The notes under the pieces were generated by a model. That model was not told the DNA's origin, ran no database searches, and saw only the letters and a program-made list of their open reading frames with translations. Shown one piece after another: positions 8,063-19,300 of a stretch of DNA of 64,000 nucleotides. The stretch covers positions 177,779 through 241,778 of the forward strand of contig CAVQBK010000004.1 of the NCBI GenBank assembly GCA_963710755.1. Direction: 5' to 3'. Every line of letters starts with the position of its first letter. The stretch's first letter is position 1. Position numbers and translations under genes: made by a program. The stretch is from an uncultured bacterium (GTDB lineage Bacteria > Oederibacteriota > JAAXVQ01 > JAUVAV01).

Positions 8063-9445
8063 TCAAGGCTCCAGCCGGGCCAAGGCCGTGGTGATGGCGT
8101 CCATGCTGCGGTCCATGATGGCATCAATATCCTCCTTGGTCACGGCCAGAGGCAGAAACCAATAAATGGTGTCGCCCAGTGGACGCAGCAGGAGTTGATG
8201 CTTTACAGATTCCAGAAAGATGTTAAAGCCTGCGCGCGCTTCCGGGGCATAGGTCTGGCGTTGCCGCCGGCTTTTCATAATATCAATGGCACCGATAAAG
8301 CCCAGGTGACGAATGTCAGCCACCTGATCCAAGTTTTCGTATTCCTGCAGGCGATAGTGAAAATGTTGGATGACTTCAGTTTGCGACTGCGGCAATTGTT
8401 GGTCTTTGAACATTTGCAGATTGGCGGCGGCCACGGCGCAGGCCAGGGCATTGGCTGTAAAGGTATGGCCGTGGAAAAAGGTTTTGGACGCCTGATCATC
8501 GCTGTAAAAAGCCTGATAGACAGGTTCGGTGGTTACGGTAAGCGCCAGCGGCAGGGTGCCGCTGGTCAGGCCTTTGGCCAGACAAATAAAGTCGGGCACC
8601 ACTCCGGCTTGTTCATAGGCAAACATAGTTCCTGTGCGGCCAAAGCCCGTGGCCACTTCATCAAAGATGAGCAATACATCCAGTTCCCGCGTAAGCGCGC
8701 GCAATTTTTTAAGGTAGTTGGCATGATAGAGGGAGAGGCCACCGGCGCCTTGCATCAGGGGCTCCACGATGACCGCAGCCACCTCCTGGTGATGCTGCTC
8801 CAGCAGCCCGGCCATGCTTTGGAAGCAGGACAAATCGCAGTGGTGCTGCTGTCCGTCCCAGGTAAAAGAGGTATTACGCTTGGGACAGGCCGAGCAATTG
8901 GGACTGGCCGCCTGGTAAGAGTTAAAGCGCAACGGGGCATACAAGCGGTGATAGAGTTCCATACCGCCCACACTCATACTGCCAACCGTATCGCCATGAT
9001 AAGCATTTTCCAAAAAGATAAACCGTTGTTTACGGGGATGGCCGATGTTCTGCCAATATTGAAAGGCCATTTTCAAAGCGATCTCAGTGGAGGTGGCGCC
9101 GCTGTCGGAAAAGAAAAATCGCCGTAGACTGGGATCGAGGACTTCGGTCAGATGCTTGACCACCTCGGCCGCCGGACTGTGGGTGATACCGGCAAAGAGG
9201 ATATGGTCCAGTTTGTCCATCTGCTGCTGCAGGGCCTCTTTCAAGACCGGATGTCCATGGCCATGTACATTACACCACCAGGAAGAAACCGTATCGTAAT
9301 ACATGGTGCCCTGGGCATCGTACAATTTCACACCCTCTCCCCGGGTCATGACAATGGGATCGCGGTCTTCGTAATCCTTCATTTGGGTATAGGGATGCCA
9401 AATGTGATTGCGATCAATAGCTAAGATATCTTCCTGACTAAGCAT
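8063..9445 (-). CDS. bioA: Adenosylmethionine-8-amino-7-oxononanoate aminotransferase
   Basis: IWHPYTQM, SSWWCNVHGH, YHGDT, DEVATGFGRTG, AKGLT, FFHGHTF. Confidence 0.97.
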   Translation of the reverse strand: MLSQEDILAIDRNHIWHPYTQMKDYEDRDPIVMTRGEGVKLYDAQGTMYYDTVSSWWCNVHGHGHPVLKEALQQQMDKLDHILFAGITHSPAAEVVKHLTEVLDPSLRRFFFSDSGATSTEIALKMAFQYWQNIGHPRKQRFIFLENAYHGDTVGSMSVGGMELYHRLYAPLRFNSYQAASPNCSACPKRNTSFTWDGQQHHCDLSCFQSMAGLLEQHHQEVAAVIVEPLMQGAGGLSLYHANYLKKLRALTRELDVLLIFDEVATGFGRTGTMFAYEQAGVVPDFICLAKGLTSGTLPLALTVTTEPVYQAFYSDDQASKTFFHGHTFTANALACAVAAANLQMFKDQQLPQSQTEVIQHFHYRLQEYENLDQVADIRHLGFIGAIDIMKSRRQRQTYAPEARAGFNIFLESVKHQLLLRPLGDTIYWFLPLAVTKEDIDAIMDRSMDAITTALARLEP

Positions 9446-9544
9446 GATAACATCCTTTCTAAAGGGGAGGCATCACCAGGACTAAGGGCTTGTCCATAAG
9501 GTATGGCAAGAAGTAATGATGATGTCTCTGGCCCGGGTTGCAAT

Positions 9545-10567
9545 TTATTTTTCAAATGATTTTAACTCTTCCCAAAAGAGACGGTCGTCGTCCACCGCCC
9601 GGCCGCGGGTGGTGAGATAACCGCCGGTTAAAAATCCATTGATACCGGCCAGCATAAGCAGACCCTGAAAATCCTTCATTCTGGTTTCCCGGCCGGCCGC
9701 GAATTTTATGGTTTTAAGCGGATGAATCAGCCGGAAAAGAGCGAACGTTTTGGCCACGTCAGCTGCGCTTATACTGGAATTGTTTTCCAGAGGTGTGCCG
9801 GCAATGGGGATCAGAACATTTAAAGGAATGACGTCCACGTCCAGGTCTTTAAGCGCATAGGCCAGGTCCAGCCGGTCGGTCATGGTTTCGCCCAGGCCCA
9901 GAATACCGCCTACACAGGTGCCGATACCGGCTTGATGCAACCATTCAATAGTGCGCAGTTTATCGTCAATGCCATGGGTCGTGGCAATGAGTTGACTGTA
10001 TTTTTCCGGAGCCACTTGCAGATTAATATTGTAGTGCGCGATACCGGCCTCGGCCAGAGCCTTCACATTCTCCTGGCCCAAAATACCCAAGGAAGCACAT
10101 ACGTTGAGTTCGGGATAGGCCTGGTGAATGGCATGGATCCCTTGGAGAATCCGGCGGAACTCGTCATCGATGCCTGCATAACCGCGGCCGCTGGTCACCA
10201 GGCCAAAGCTACGTACACCACTGGCATGGGCTTGACCGGCAGCCGTGACCATGGCCTCTTGATTCTGCAATCCATAGCTGTCAATGGCGGCAGCATGATG
10301 GGCGGACTGGGCACAGAAACGGCAATTTTCTGTGCAGGCGCCGGACTTGGCATTCATGATGGTGCAAGCGTGGTGGGGCTGGGCGAACTTGAGTCTGACC
10401 TTGTTTGCCAGACTGAGCAGATCAAGAAGATCAGGCCCTTCCAGGGTACTTAATCCGTCGGCCAACGCCCGTGATAAGGGCCTGGCCTCCAGGACACTGT
10501 AGGCTTCGGCCACCAGGGGATGCAGGCAGTCCGTCACCGGCGTTTCTTCCAAACTTTTTGGGAACAT
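9545..10567 (-). CDS. bioB: Biotin synthase (radical SAM)
   Basis: NAKSGACTENCRFCAQS (CxxxCxxC), CASLG, GGILGLGE, AAGRE, GYLTTRG. Confidence 0.96.
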   Translation of the reverse strand: MFPKSLEETPVTDCLHPLVAEAYSVLEARPLSRALADGLSTLEGPDLLDLLSLANKVRLKFAQPHHACTIMNAKSGACTENCRFCAQSAHHAAAIDSYGLQNQEAMVTAAGQAHASGVRSFGLVTSGRGYAGIDDEFRRILQGIHAIHQAYPELNVCASLGILGQENVKALAEAGIAHYNINLQVAPEKYSQLIATTHGIDDKLRTIEWLHQAGIGTCVGGILGLGETMTDRLDLAYALKDLDVDVIPLNVLIPIAGTPLENNSSISAADVAKTFALFRLIHPLKTIKFAAGRETRMKDFQGLLMLAGINGFLTGGYLTTRGRAVDDDRLFWEELKSFEK

Positions 10568-10583
10568 GAGAATCCTCGCGTGT

Positions 10584-10615
10584 TTGTTAACCTGAATTGG
10601 TTAATGGGTTGACGA
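10584..10615. promoter_or_regulatory. BirA (biotin repressor) operator upstream of bioB
   Basis: TTGTTAACC-N14-GGTTGACGA matches the BirA dyad TTGTwAACC-N14..16-GGTTwACAA, 17 bp upstream of the bioB start. Confidence 0.75.
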
Positions 10616-10920
10616 TTATATTACCTGATTGGCAGGCAATGGCAAGTCAAAAATACAAGATTCGCCACCAGGAACTCCTGCGTCATGTTAGGTCCGTGAC
10701 GGAGGAGTTCCCAAGTCTTTGAGCATGAATGAAATGAAATATAGTCAAATTCGCGCAAGCTTTTTAGAATCACGAGTTAAAGCCTAATCGCCAGCAAGAC
10801 ACCGGGATTTATCCGGGAAAGATCATTAATCATTTTTTGATTTTTCCTTGTTTAGTAGGCCTTTGGGCCATGGTGTTGCTGGTGCCTGTATTTCGGGTGG
10901 TAAATCTTTTATTTTTATTA

Positions 10921-10950
10921 TTGACGGGTTAATTTTTCCTGTTGTATCAT
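10921..10950 (+). promoter_or_regulatory. Candidate sigma70 promoter of hppA
   Basis: TTGACG-N18-TATCAT with AT-rich sequence upstream. Confidence 0.45.
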
Positions 10951-11120
10951 TCTGCGCGATTGATTTTTTTCAACCAGCACTTTTCCAAACGGGCTTGCCT
11001 AACACGGGGACATTTTCCAATTAAAAATTCAACCTGGTAGTGCGCTTGAAAGAGGCTGAAATCCATATACCTGTTACCTAGCAAAACCTGTCCGGGGGAC
11101 AAAAAACACGAGGAGGAAAA

Positions 11121-13220
11121 ATGAATCTGGAAATGATGATTTACTTGGTGCCTGTAGCGGGCATTCTTGCATTGGCTTATGCTTACTTTAAGACTTTGCA
11201 AATCAACAAAGCCGACAGCGGCACAGATAAGATGAGGGTGATTGGCGGGCATATTCGGGAAGGCGCCATGGCCTTTTTGGCCCGTGAATATAAAGTATTG
11301 GCCGTCTTTGTGGCGGCCGTGGCGCTCCTGCTGGCCTTCGGTAATGCCCATATGCAAGATTCCAGCTGGATGGTGGGTTTGTCCTTTATGGTCGGTGCCA
11401 TTTGCTCTGGCTTAGCCGGATTTTTCGGGATGCGGGTGGCCACCTCGGCCAATTATCGCACCACTGCCGCCGCCCGCACCAGCCTGAATGCGGCCCTGAA
11501 CATTGCCTTTGGCGGCGGGTCGGTCATGGGCATGAGCGTGGTGGGTTTGGCCACTTTGGGTCTGGGATTGTTGCTCATCCTTTACACCAATCTCTGGAAT
11601 TTCACGGGCAATGAAACGGCCATCGTCATTAATACTTTAGCGGGCTTCTCCTTGGGTGCCAGCTCCATTGCCTTGTTCGCGCGCGTGGGCGGCGGCATCT
11701 ATACCAAGGCTGCCGATGTGGGCGCTGATTTGGTGGGCAAGGTCGAAGCCGGCATTCCGGAAGATGACCCCCGCAACCCGGCCACCATTGCCGATAATGT
11801 GGGCGACAATGTGGGTGACGTAGCCGGCATGGGCGCGGACCTCTTTGAATCCTATGTGGGCTCTATCGTCGGGGCGATGGTGTTGGGCGCAGTGCTGGTA
11901 CCGGCTATCGCGGCCGTTAATCCGGCCATGAAGTTCAATGCAATTATGCTGCCCTTTGTAGTGGCGGCCGCCGGGATCGTACTATCTATTATTGGGACCT
12001 TTTTTGTCCGCACCAAGGAAGGGGGTAATCCCCAGACCGCTCTGAATTTGGGAACCTTCCTGACGGCAGGCTTAATGACCATCCTGACCATCTTTTTAAT
12101 CAAGGTCATGCTGCCCTCCCAATTCGCTATGGACGGCAAGACCTACCACTGGTGGGGCATTGCCCTGGCCACGGTTATTGGTTTGGTCGCAGGCTTGCTC
12201 ATTGCCGGGGTAACGGAATACTACACCGCAGAGAACCGCAAACCATCCCAGAGCATTGCCGAAGCCTCGCTGACCGGCAGTGCCACCAATATCATTAAAG
12301 GCCTTGCCATTGGCATGCAGTCTACCGCCTGGCCGCTGTTGGTGATTGCCATTGCCATTATCATTGCTTATCAATTCGCCGGGCTTTATGGCATTGCCAT
12401 CGGCGCTTTGGGCATGCTTTCCACCACAGGGATTCAGCTGGCCGTGGATGCCTACGGACCTATTGCCGACAATGCCGGTGGCATTGCCGAGATGAGCGGG
12501 TTGCCCAAGGAAGTACGCCAGCGCACGGACCGGTTGGACGCTGTCGGCAATACCACTGCGGCTATTGGCAAAGGCTTTGCCATTGGCTCGGCCGCGCTGA
12601 CGGCTTTGGCCTTGTTCTCCGCTTTTCGCTCCCAAGTGGGCCTGACGACGATTGATATTTCCGATCCCGTGGTTATGGCCGGCTTGTTTGTGGGTGGTAT
12701 GTTGCCTTTTCTTTTCTCCTCTTTTGCCATGAATGCTGTAGGTCGTGCGGCTCAGGCCATGATCGCTGAAGTGCGCCGTCAATTTAAGGAAATTCCCGGT
12801 CTGATGGAAGGTAAGACTCCGGCGGAATATGCCAAGTGCGTGGACATTTCTACTACCGCCGCTATTCACGAAATGATCGTTCCCGGCTTGATGGCCATCC
12901 TTACGCCAGTGGCTGTGGGCTTCTTAAGCATTAAAGCTTTGGGTGGTCTCCTGGCCGGCGTAACCGTCAGTGGTGTGCTCATGGCCTTGTTTATGGCCAA
13001 TGCCGGCGGTTCCTGGGATAATGCCAAGAAACATATTGAAGGCGGCGCCCATGGCGGCAAGGGTTCGGATGCCCACAAAGCAGCTGTGGTGGGTGATACC
13101 GTAGGGGATCCTTTTAAGGACACCGCCGGCCCGTCGCTGAATATTTTGATAAAATTGATGAGCGTGGTTTCCCTGGTGTTGGCGCCTATTTTTGTCAAAT
13201 GGGGCAACCTGTTGTTCTAA
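11121..13220 (+). CDS. hppA: Membrane-integral pyrophosphatase, K+-dependent type (probably Na+-translocating)
   Basis: [40 protein letters not shown]; GNTTAA (Ala, the K+-dependent signature); GAGGAGG RBS. Confidence 0.97.
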   Translation: MNLEMMIYLVPVAGILALAYAYFKTLQINKADSGTDKMRVIGGHIREGAMAFLAREYKVLAVFVAAVALLLAFGNAHMQDSSWMVGLSFMVGAICSGLAGFFGMRVATSANYRTTAAARTSLNAALNIAFGGGSVMGMSVVGLATLGLGLLLILYTNLWNFTGNETAIVINTLAGFSLGASSIALFARVGGGIYTKAADVGADLVGKVEAGIPEDDPRNPATIADNVGDNVGDVAGMGADLFESYVGSIVGAMVLGAVLVPAIAAVNPAMKFNAIMLPFVVAAAGIVLSIIGTFFVRTKEGGNPQTALNLGTFLTAGLMTILTIFLIKVMLPSQFAMDGKTYHWWGIALATVIGLVAGLLIAGVTEYYTAENRKPSQSIAEASLTGSATNIIKGLAIGMQSTAWPLLVIAIAIIIAYQFAGLYGIAIGALGMLSTTGIQLAVDAYGPIADNAGGIAEMSGLPKEVRQRTDRLDAVGNTTAAIGKGFAIGSAALTALALFSAFRSQVGLTTIDISDPVVMAGLFVGGMLPFLFSSFAMNAVGRAAQAMIAEVRRQFKEIPGLMEGKTPAEYAKCVDISTTAAIHEMIVPGLMAILTPVAVGFLSIKALGGLLAGVTVSGVLMALFMANAGGSWDNAKKHIEGGAHGGKGSDAHKAAVVGDTVGDPFKDTAGPSLNILIKLMSVVSLVLAPIFVKWGNLLF

Positions 13221-13235
13221 ATTAAGGTAGCAGGT

Positions 13236-13272
13236 AAAAGCGGTGCCGGGCAATACCGGCACCGCTTTTTTT
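13236..13272. terminator. Bidirectional intrinsic terminator between hppA and the convergent GDPD gene
   Basis: AAAAGCGGTGCCGG-GCAATA-CCGGCACCGCTTTTTTT. Confidence 0.9.
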
Positions 13273-13304
13273 ATGTGCAATGCAAGCCGTCCTCGGGGCA
13301 AGGG

Positions 13305-14120
13305 TTATTTTTTACGATGGTGGTCGGAAGAATTCATGATAGGCATCACGTCCTGAACTGACGGATTGACCAGCAGAGCATGTAACTGTTCCGGTTGGTC
13401 GGTCGTAATCCAGTTGGCCCCTTGTTTCACCAGCATAGTGGCCGTTTGGGGACTGTTGACAGTCCAGACCGCCACTTTAATGCCAGCTTTAACCAGGCTA
13501 TAAAAGAGCTTGTCCAGCACATGAAACTGCTTGTCAAAGAGACGCAGCCAATGGCGGTTGAAAAAAACCGCACTGATACTGATTTGCTGGTGGGTGCTAA
13601 GGATATGACGGATGAATGCGTTTACTTCCTGACGGCTGCGGGGGCGCAAGTAACCATAGCTTTCATCGTAGAGCAAACCCAAGGCCAGGCTGGGCGAAAG
13701 GCTGCGCAGCCGTTTCAAGAAACGGCCCTTGACGGTGCTGATAATAACATGATCCAACAAATGATAGCTGTCCAACAATGCAAACAGCAAATCCGCGTCC
13801 GCATCGGCCAGCCAATGGCCATGATATTTTTGCACCTTGACGTCCAAGTGCAGCCTGAGGTCCGCGTCCGCTACCTGTTGGAAAACCTGCTCCAGAGTCA
13901 ATACCTGGCCGTCCAATTGCGCAAAGGTCTGACGGCTTATTTTTTTTAAATGGAAAGTGTAATTGTGATGAGCCACCAGAATGCGGTCTGCAGTCATCCG
14001 TACATCGCATTCCATCATGACCTCACGATGGAGGCGATGAAAAGCAATGGCTTCCTCTATGCTGGCCTGGTCATTACAACGGTGGATGATCAAATGGAGT
14101 CGTTGGTCATAAACATTCAT
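13305..14120 (-). CDS. Glycerophosphodiester phosphodiesterase family protein
   Basis: IIHR, ECDVRMTAD, VAHH, HLDVK, VAVWTVN, GANWITTDQP. Confidence 0.85.
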   Translation of the reverse strand: MNVYDQRLHLIIHRCNDQASIEEAIAFHRLHREVMMECDVRMTADRILVAHHNYTFHLKKISRQTFAQLDGQVLTLEQVFQQVADADLRLHLDVKVQKYHGHWLADADADLLFALLDSYHLLDHVIISTVKGRFLKRLRSLSPSLALGLLYDESYGYLRPRSRQEVNAFIRHILSTHQQISISAVFFNRHWLRLFDKQFHVLDKLFYSLVKAGIKVAVWTVNSPQTATMLVKQGANWITTDQPEQLHALLVNPSVQDVMPIMNSSDHHRKK

Positions 14121-14257
14121 GGTGGTTCCTTTACAGCACCATTAAGGATCTTTGGCCGTCCAGAATACCAGTACGGTCGGCCTTCACTTATTATTATAAC
14201 CTCAGGTTGAGAACAAACCCAAGATTTTCATTTTACCAAACAGAGGCATAAAAAAAC

Positions 14258-14287
14258 TTGCCTCAGCTTCTTGGTCCGGTCTATAAT
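14258..14287 (+). promoter_or_regulatory. Candidate sigma70 promoter of the pfa operon
   Basis: TTGCCT-N18-TATAAT preceded by an A-tract. Confidence 0.55.
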
Positions 14288-14547
14288 CTATTTCGGTGTA
14301 GCTGGTTCCTTTTCCCATGCCACCTCCCTTTCTGGAGAAGGCCATCGCAGTCGAGCACCTCAACTTCACACCTTTTTATGCTGCAAGCATGGCTGACGAC
14401 ATGACCTTTCCCAACCCGCGTGATAACCAGCACTCTATTCCCAACCCCGGTGTTTCGTGGGTACGGGCCGAACTACCTATAATAGGTTGAAACAGAATTC
14501 CTTCTCACTTAAAGGACAAAGCACGATGGCTTGGAAAGGATTTGCTG

Positions 14548-16164
14548 TTGATTAGCCAAAATTATTGGATTAAAACCACGGCACTTCCCATCTTTGAACC
14601 CCGTACTTTCCCTTCTTTAATCCACCACTTACGACAACCGCTTTATATCCTCTTCGATCAGTCGCAGGCTAAAATGGGCTTGGCCCCGGCGGGCCGGGTT
14701 CAAGCCCACCTGCCCAACGGCTCGGAACACCATTACCCCCTTATCGGTTTATTGCCGCCCCTCTATCCGGAATGGTTGGGCGACCGCTCTTTCCAGGAAT
14801 GCCATCAGGTCCGGTTTGCCTATGTGGGCGGGGCCATGGCCAGGGGCATTACCTCGGTGGCCATGGTTATAGCCTTGGCCCATGCCGGCATGCTGGGCTT
14901 TTTCGGATCAGCCGGGGTACCCTTGCCGGAGACGGAAAAAGCACTGCGCCAACTCAGTTCGGCCCTCGATCCCAAGGGCTTAAGCTGGGGAGTCAATCTC
15001 ATTCACACGCCCCATGATCCGGGGCTGGAAGAAAAAACCGTGGAGTTGTATTTAACCCTGGGGGTGCGCCGTCTTTCAGCCGCGGCCTTTACGGCCATTA
15101 CGCCCAGTTTGGTTTGTTTTGCGGCCAAAGGATTGAAGCGCCATACTGATGGGTCGGTCATAAGACCCCATAGGATCTTTGCCAAAATATCCAGACCCGA
15201 AGTGGCCCAAGGCTTTATGGAGCCGGCGCCCCAGGCCATGCTGGATGAATTGGTGCGTAGGCAAAAACTGAGTTTGGATGAAGCCGTCCTGGCCCGCACT
15301 TTGCCAATGGCGGAAGATATCACCGTGGAAGCTGATTCAGGCGGACATACGGATAACCGGCCCTTGTCTGTGTTATTTCCAGCCTTGGCCATGCTGCGTG
15401 ACCGCTTGGTTCAACGCCACCAGTATACCAGACCGATTCGCCTGGGCGCTGCCGGCGGGATCAGCACACCTGCGGCCGCAGCTTCGGCTTTTGCCATGGG
15501 GGCAGCCTATGTGTTGGTAGGAACGGCGCATCAAGCCTGCGTGGAATCAGGACTGTCCCGCATAGGCAAGGAAATGCTCGGCCGCGCCACGCTCTCCGAT
15601 GTGATGATGACCGCTTCAGCTGACTTGTTTGAATTGGGCGGCAAGGTGCAGGTACTCAAGCACGGCACGCTGATGGGTGTTCGGGGTAATCAACTCTACC
15701 AACTTTACCTGCAGTATGACCGTCTACAAGCTATTCCGCAAGCCCAGCGCCGCCAATTGGAAGCCACCATTTTCAACACCTCTCTGGAAGAAGTGTGGGC
15801 CAAGACCGAGGCCTTTTTCAGTGCCAATGATCCTCAAAAACTGGCCCTGGCCAATAAGGATGAAAAATTCAAAATGGCTCTGGTCTTTCGCTGGTATCTG
15901 GGCAACAGCAGCAAATGGGCCATTACAGGAGAGCCGGGCAGACAAGCTGATTATCAAATATGGTGCGGACCGGCCATAGGCGCTTTTAATCAATGGTGCC
16001 AGGGCAGTTTTTTGGAGCCCCTGGAGCAGCGCACGGTGGCCCAAGTTGGTCTCAACCTCATGGAAGGCGCGGCCAAGGTTACTCGTGCCCAGCAATGCAA
16101 AACCTTCGGGCTGTCCGTACCGGCCGGGGCTTTTGATTGCCGGCCTGAACCGTTAACATTGTAA
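14548..16164 (+). CDS. pfaD: PUFA synthase enoyl reductase PfaD (Pfa1-like); start uncertain
   Basis: GAMARGI, GFFGSAG, VNLIH, AKISRPEVA, EADSGGHTDN, GAAGGI, DYQIWCGPAIGAFN. Confidence 0.95.
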   Translation: MISQNYWIKTTALPIFEPRTFPSLIHHLRQPLYILFDQSQAKMGLAPAGRVQAHLPNGSEHHYPLIGLLPPLYPEWLGDRSFQECHQVRFAYVGGAMARGITSVAMVIALAHAGMLGFFGSAGVPLPETEKALRQLSSALDPKGLSWGVNLIHTPHDPGLEEKTVELYLTLGVRRLSAAAFTAITPSLVCFAAKGLKRHTDGSVIRPHRIFAKISRPEVAQGFMEPAPQAMLDELVRRQKLSLDEAVLARTLPMAEDITVEADSGGHTDNRPLSVLFPALAMLRDRLVQRHQYTRPIRLGAAGGISTPAAAASAFAMGAAYVLVGTAHQACVESGLSRIGKEMLGRATLSDVMMTASADLFELGGKVQVLKHGTLMGVRGNQLYQLYLQYDRLQAIPQAQRRQLEATIFNTSLEEVWAKTEAFFSANDPQKLALANKDEKFKMALVFRWYLGNSSKWAITGEPGRQADYQIWCGPAIGAFNQWCQGSFLEPLEQRTVAQVGLNLMEGAAKVTRAQQCKTFGLSVPAGAFDCRPEPLTL

Positions 16165-16188
16165 ATGCTGTTATTAGTGGATAGTTTC

Positions 16189-16350
16189 TGTTGCGGATTG
16201 GTGGTGGTTTAGTCCTTGGGCGGTCGTCGGTTTGCAGAGCAAACCACCTCAGAGAAAAAAACCGCTCGCTGAAGCGGTTTTTTTCAATGCCGCCTAAGGA
16301 CTGGACCACCACCATGACAGTCGATTAACAAAAATAGTCTTTCCGCAACA
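16189..16350 (+). other. Highly structured pfaD-pfaA intergenic element: multi-branch stem-loop enclosing a terminator-like hairpin
   Basis: 25-bp stem 16199-16223/16290-16314 with three G-U pairs; inner hairpins GGTTTGC-AGA-GCAAACC and GAAAAAAACCGCT-N6-AGCGGTTTTTTTC; outer pair TGTTGCGGA/TCCGCAACA. Confidence 0.75.
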
Positions 16351-16386
16351 AGAACCACATAGGTTATTTCATTGGCGGAGGTAAGC

Positions 16387-19300
16387 ATGGAAAAAGCAGT
16401 GCATCAATTGGAAGCGCCTATTGCCGTGGTGGGCCTGAGTGCTTTATTTCCGGGCTCCCAGGAGGTGGCCGGATTTTGGGCGGATATTGTAACCGGTAAA
16501 AATATGATTACCCAGGTGCCGCCAACCCACTGGCTGGTGGATGATTATTATGATCCTTCGCCCGGACAGGAGGGCAAGGTTTACGCCAAGACCGGCGCTT
16601 TCTTGCAGGACGTGGATTTTGATCCTTTGACTTTTGGCATTCCACCCAAACTGCTGAGCTCCATTGATACTGTGCAATTGCTGGCTTTGTTGGGAGCCCA
16701 GCAATTGCTGGACCGGTTACCCAGCATGCAAAAGCAGCTTCTGGACCGCAGTAAAACCAGCGTCATCCTGGGTGTGGCTGCAGGCACCGAGTTGATCAGT
16801 GAAATGGCCGCGAAAATTCAATATCCCATCTGGGTCAAAGTACTCAGGGAAAAGGGCCTGCCTGAAACCCAGGTCCAGGATATATGCCGCAGTATCAGCA
16901 GTCATTACGTGCCCTGGGACGAAAATACTTTTCCCGGCTTGCTGGCCAATGTGGTGGCCGGCCGCATTGCCAACCGGCTCAATCTGGGTGGCACCAACTG
17001 CACCGTGGATGCTGCATGCGCCAGCAGTTTAGCGGCCGTGGCCATGGCCGTGCAGGAACTGCGTCTGGGCCATACGGATCTGGCTATTACCGGCGGATGT
17101 GATGCGCTTAATGACATTTTCATGTACATGTGTTTCAGTCAAACCCATGCCCTGTCGCGCAGCGGCGACTGCCGCCCCTTTTCCGATCAGGCTGATGGCA
17201 CGGTGCTGGGCGAAGGCTTGGGCTTGCTGGGCCTCAGACGCTTGCAGGACGCCGAGCGCGACCAAGATCCTATTCTGGCGGTAATCCATGGCATTGGCAG
17301 CGCCAGCGATGGCAAGGCTAAAAGCATTTATGCCCCGGTAGCCAGCGGCCAGGCTTTGGCCATCAAGCGTGCTTATGAACGGTCGCCTTACAATCTGAAA
17401 GAAGTGGAATTGATCGAAGCCCATGGCACGGGCACGGCCGCAGGCGATGTGGCTGAAGTGGAAGGCCTGCAGCTGGCTTTTCGCGACAGTGGAGCCAAAC
17501 CCCAGCCTTATTGCGCTCTGGGATCCGTGAAATCCCAAATGGGGCATACCAAGTCTGCTGCCGGGGCTGCCGGCTTGATCAAAGCCATCCTCAGCCTGCA
17601 TCACAAAATCCTGCCGCCTACCATCAAAATCACCAAGCCCAATCCCACCTTAAATCTGGAGCAAAGTCCGCTTTATCTTAACACCGAAGCCCGGCCGTGG
17701 ATTCATATGCCGCAAAGCACGCGCAAAGCCGGCGTGAGTGCCTTTGGCTTTGGCGGCAGTAATTTCCACATTACTATGGAAGAATATAAAGGCCCTCATC
17801 AGGCTGACCGTTTTTATTCAGCCCCTGTAAGCCTGGTGCTGCTGTCGGCTGACAACCAACAGGCCTTGGAAGAGCGCCTCAGGCAACTTCTGCAAGATCT
17901 GGAACAGATGACACTAACTTACCTGGCCAAGACCAGCCAATTAAATTTCCGGGCTCAGCAACCGCTGCGGCTGGCGCTGCTCATGAAGGATGCCCATGTG
18001 GGCCGATCTTTGGCGCAACAATGCCTGCAGAAAATAAATCAAGCACCCAGCGAGGCCTTCAGTTTAGCCGGTCAGGCCTACTTCCAGACAACAGCAACCA
18101 TGCCCAAAATTGCCCTGCTGTTCCCGGGCCAAGGCAGCCAATACGTGGGCATGACCAAAGACCTTTGCCTGGCTTTTGACGCCGCGCGCTCCATTTGGGA
18201 TCAAAGCCTGGCCTGGCAGGCTGCTGATGCAGAGCCGGCCCTGCATGAGGTGGTATTTCCCAAACCCGTTTTTGATGACCAGGCACGGCAGGCTCAGGCA
18301 GAGACCCTTAAACAACCACAGTGGGCGCAGCCTGCTTTGGGTGCCGTGGCGCTATGTTATTGGACCTTGCTCCAACAACTTGGGATTAAACCGGCTGCTG
18401 TAGCCGGTCATAGTTATGGGGAACTGCCGGCGCTGTTTGCAGCCGGCGCGATACCGTCGTCCCAAATGCTGCTGACCATTTCCAGAAAACGGGGCCAGCT
18501 TATGCACGATGCCTCCCATTCCTCGGGGGGCATGACCGCCGTGGCTGCCGGAATGTCCCAGGTGCAGGACCTGCTGCGCCGGCATAACTTGGACCTCACC
18601 ATCGCCAATATCAACAGTCCCCGCCAAGTGGTATTGTCGGGCCCGCTGGCAACTTTGGAAGCACTGGAGAAGCAGCTGCAGGCCCAAGGCCTGGTCTTTA
18701 AACGCCTGCCCGTGGCTGCGGCTTTTCATTCGCCGAAATTGGAAACCGTAGTGCCTGCTTTTGAAGAAGTGCTTAAAATGCAAACGCTAAAGTCACCATC
18801 ATGCCCGGTAATGGCCAACAGCACGGCGGCACCCTATCCTACCCAGGCGGCGCAGGTCAGGTCCCAACTAGCCCGGCAGCTGTCCCAGCCGGTGCTGTTT
18901 GAACAACAGATCAACGCCCTCTATGAGCAGCATCATGTTCGGCTGTTTTTAGAATGCGGACCAGGCAACGTGCTGACCGGGTTAACCCGCGATTGCCTGG
19001 CCGGCAAGCCCCACATGGCCATTAGTCTGGACGGCGGCCGCCGGGTCAATGGGGTGACCGCTTTTTGGGATGGTCTGGCCCAATTGGCCGCAGCCGGTGT
19101 GTCCTTGACGTTTAATCCGCTCTGGGCCAACATCAGGGTTGATCAGAAACTGGTCAAGGCCTCTAAAACGTCAATTAAAATCAATGGCGCCAATGTGGGC
19201 AAACTTTATCCACCCCCAGGCGGCACTTCCGCGCTGCCTTTGCCTAATCAGGAGATGCAGCCGAGCTTGACCATGGCGCCTGCCAGTCCGGCGGCCATGA

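Noticed and set aside
13265-13282. Additional XerD-like arm TTATGTGCAAT
   Set aside because: It is the tail of the hppA terminator and lacks the AA-N6-TT core and a left arm
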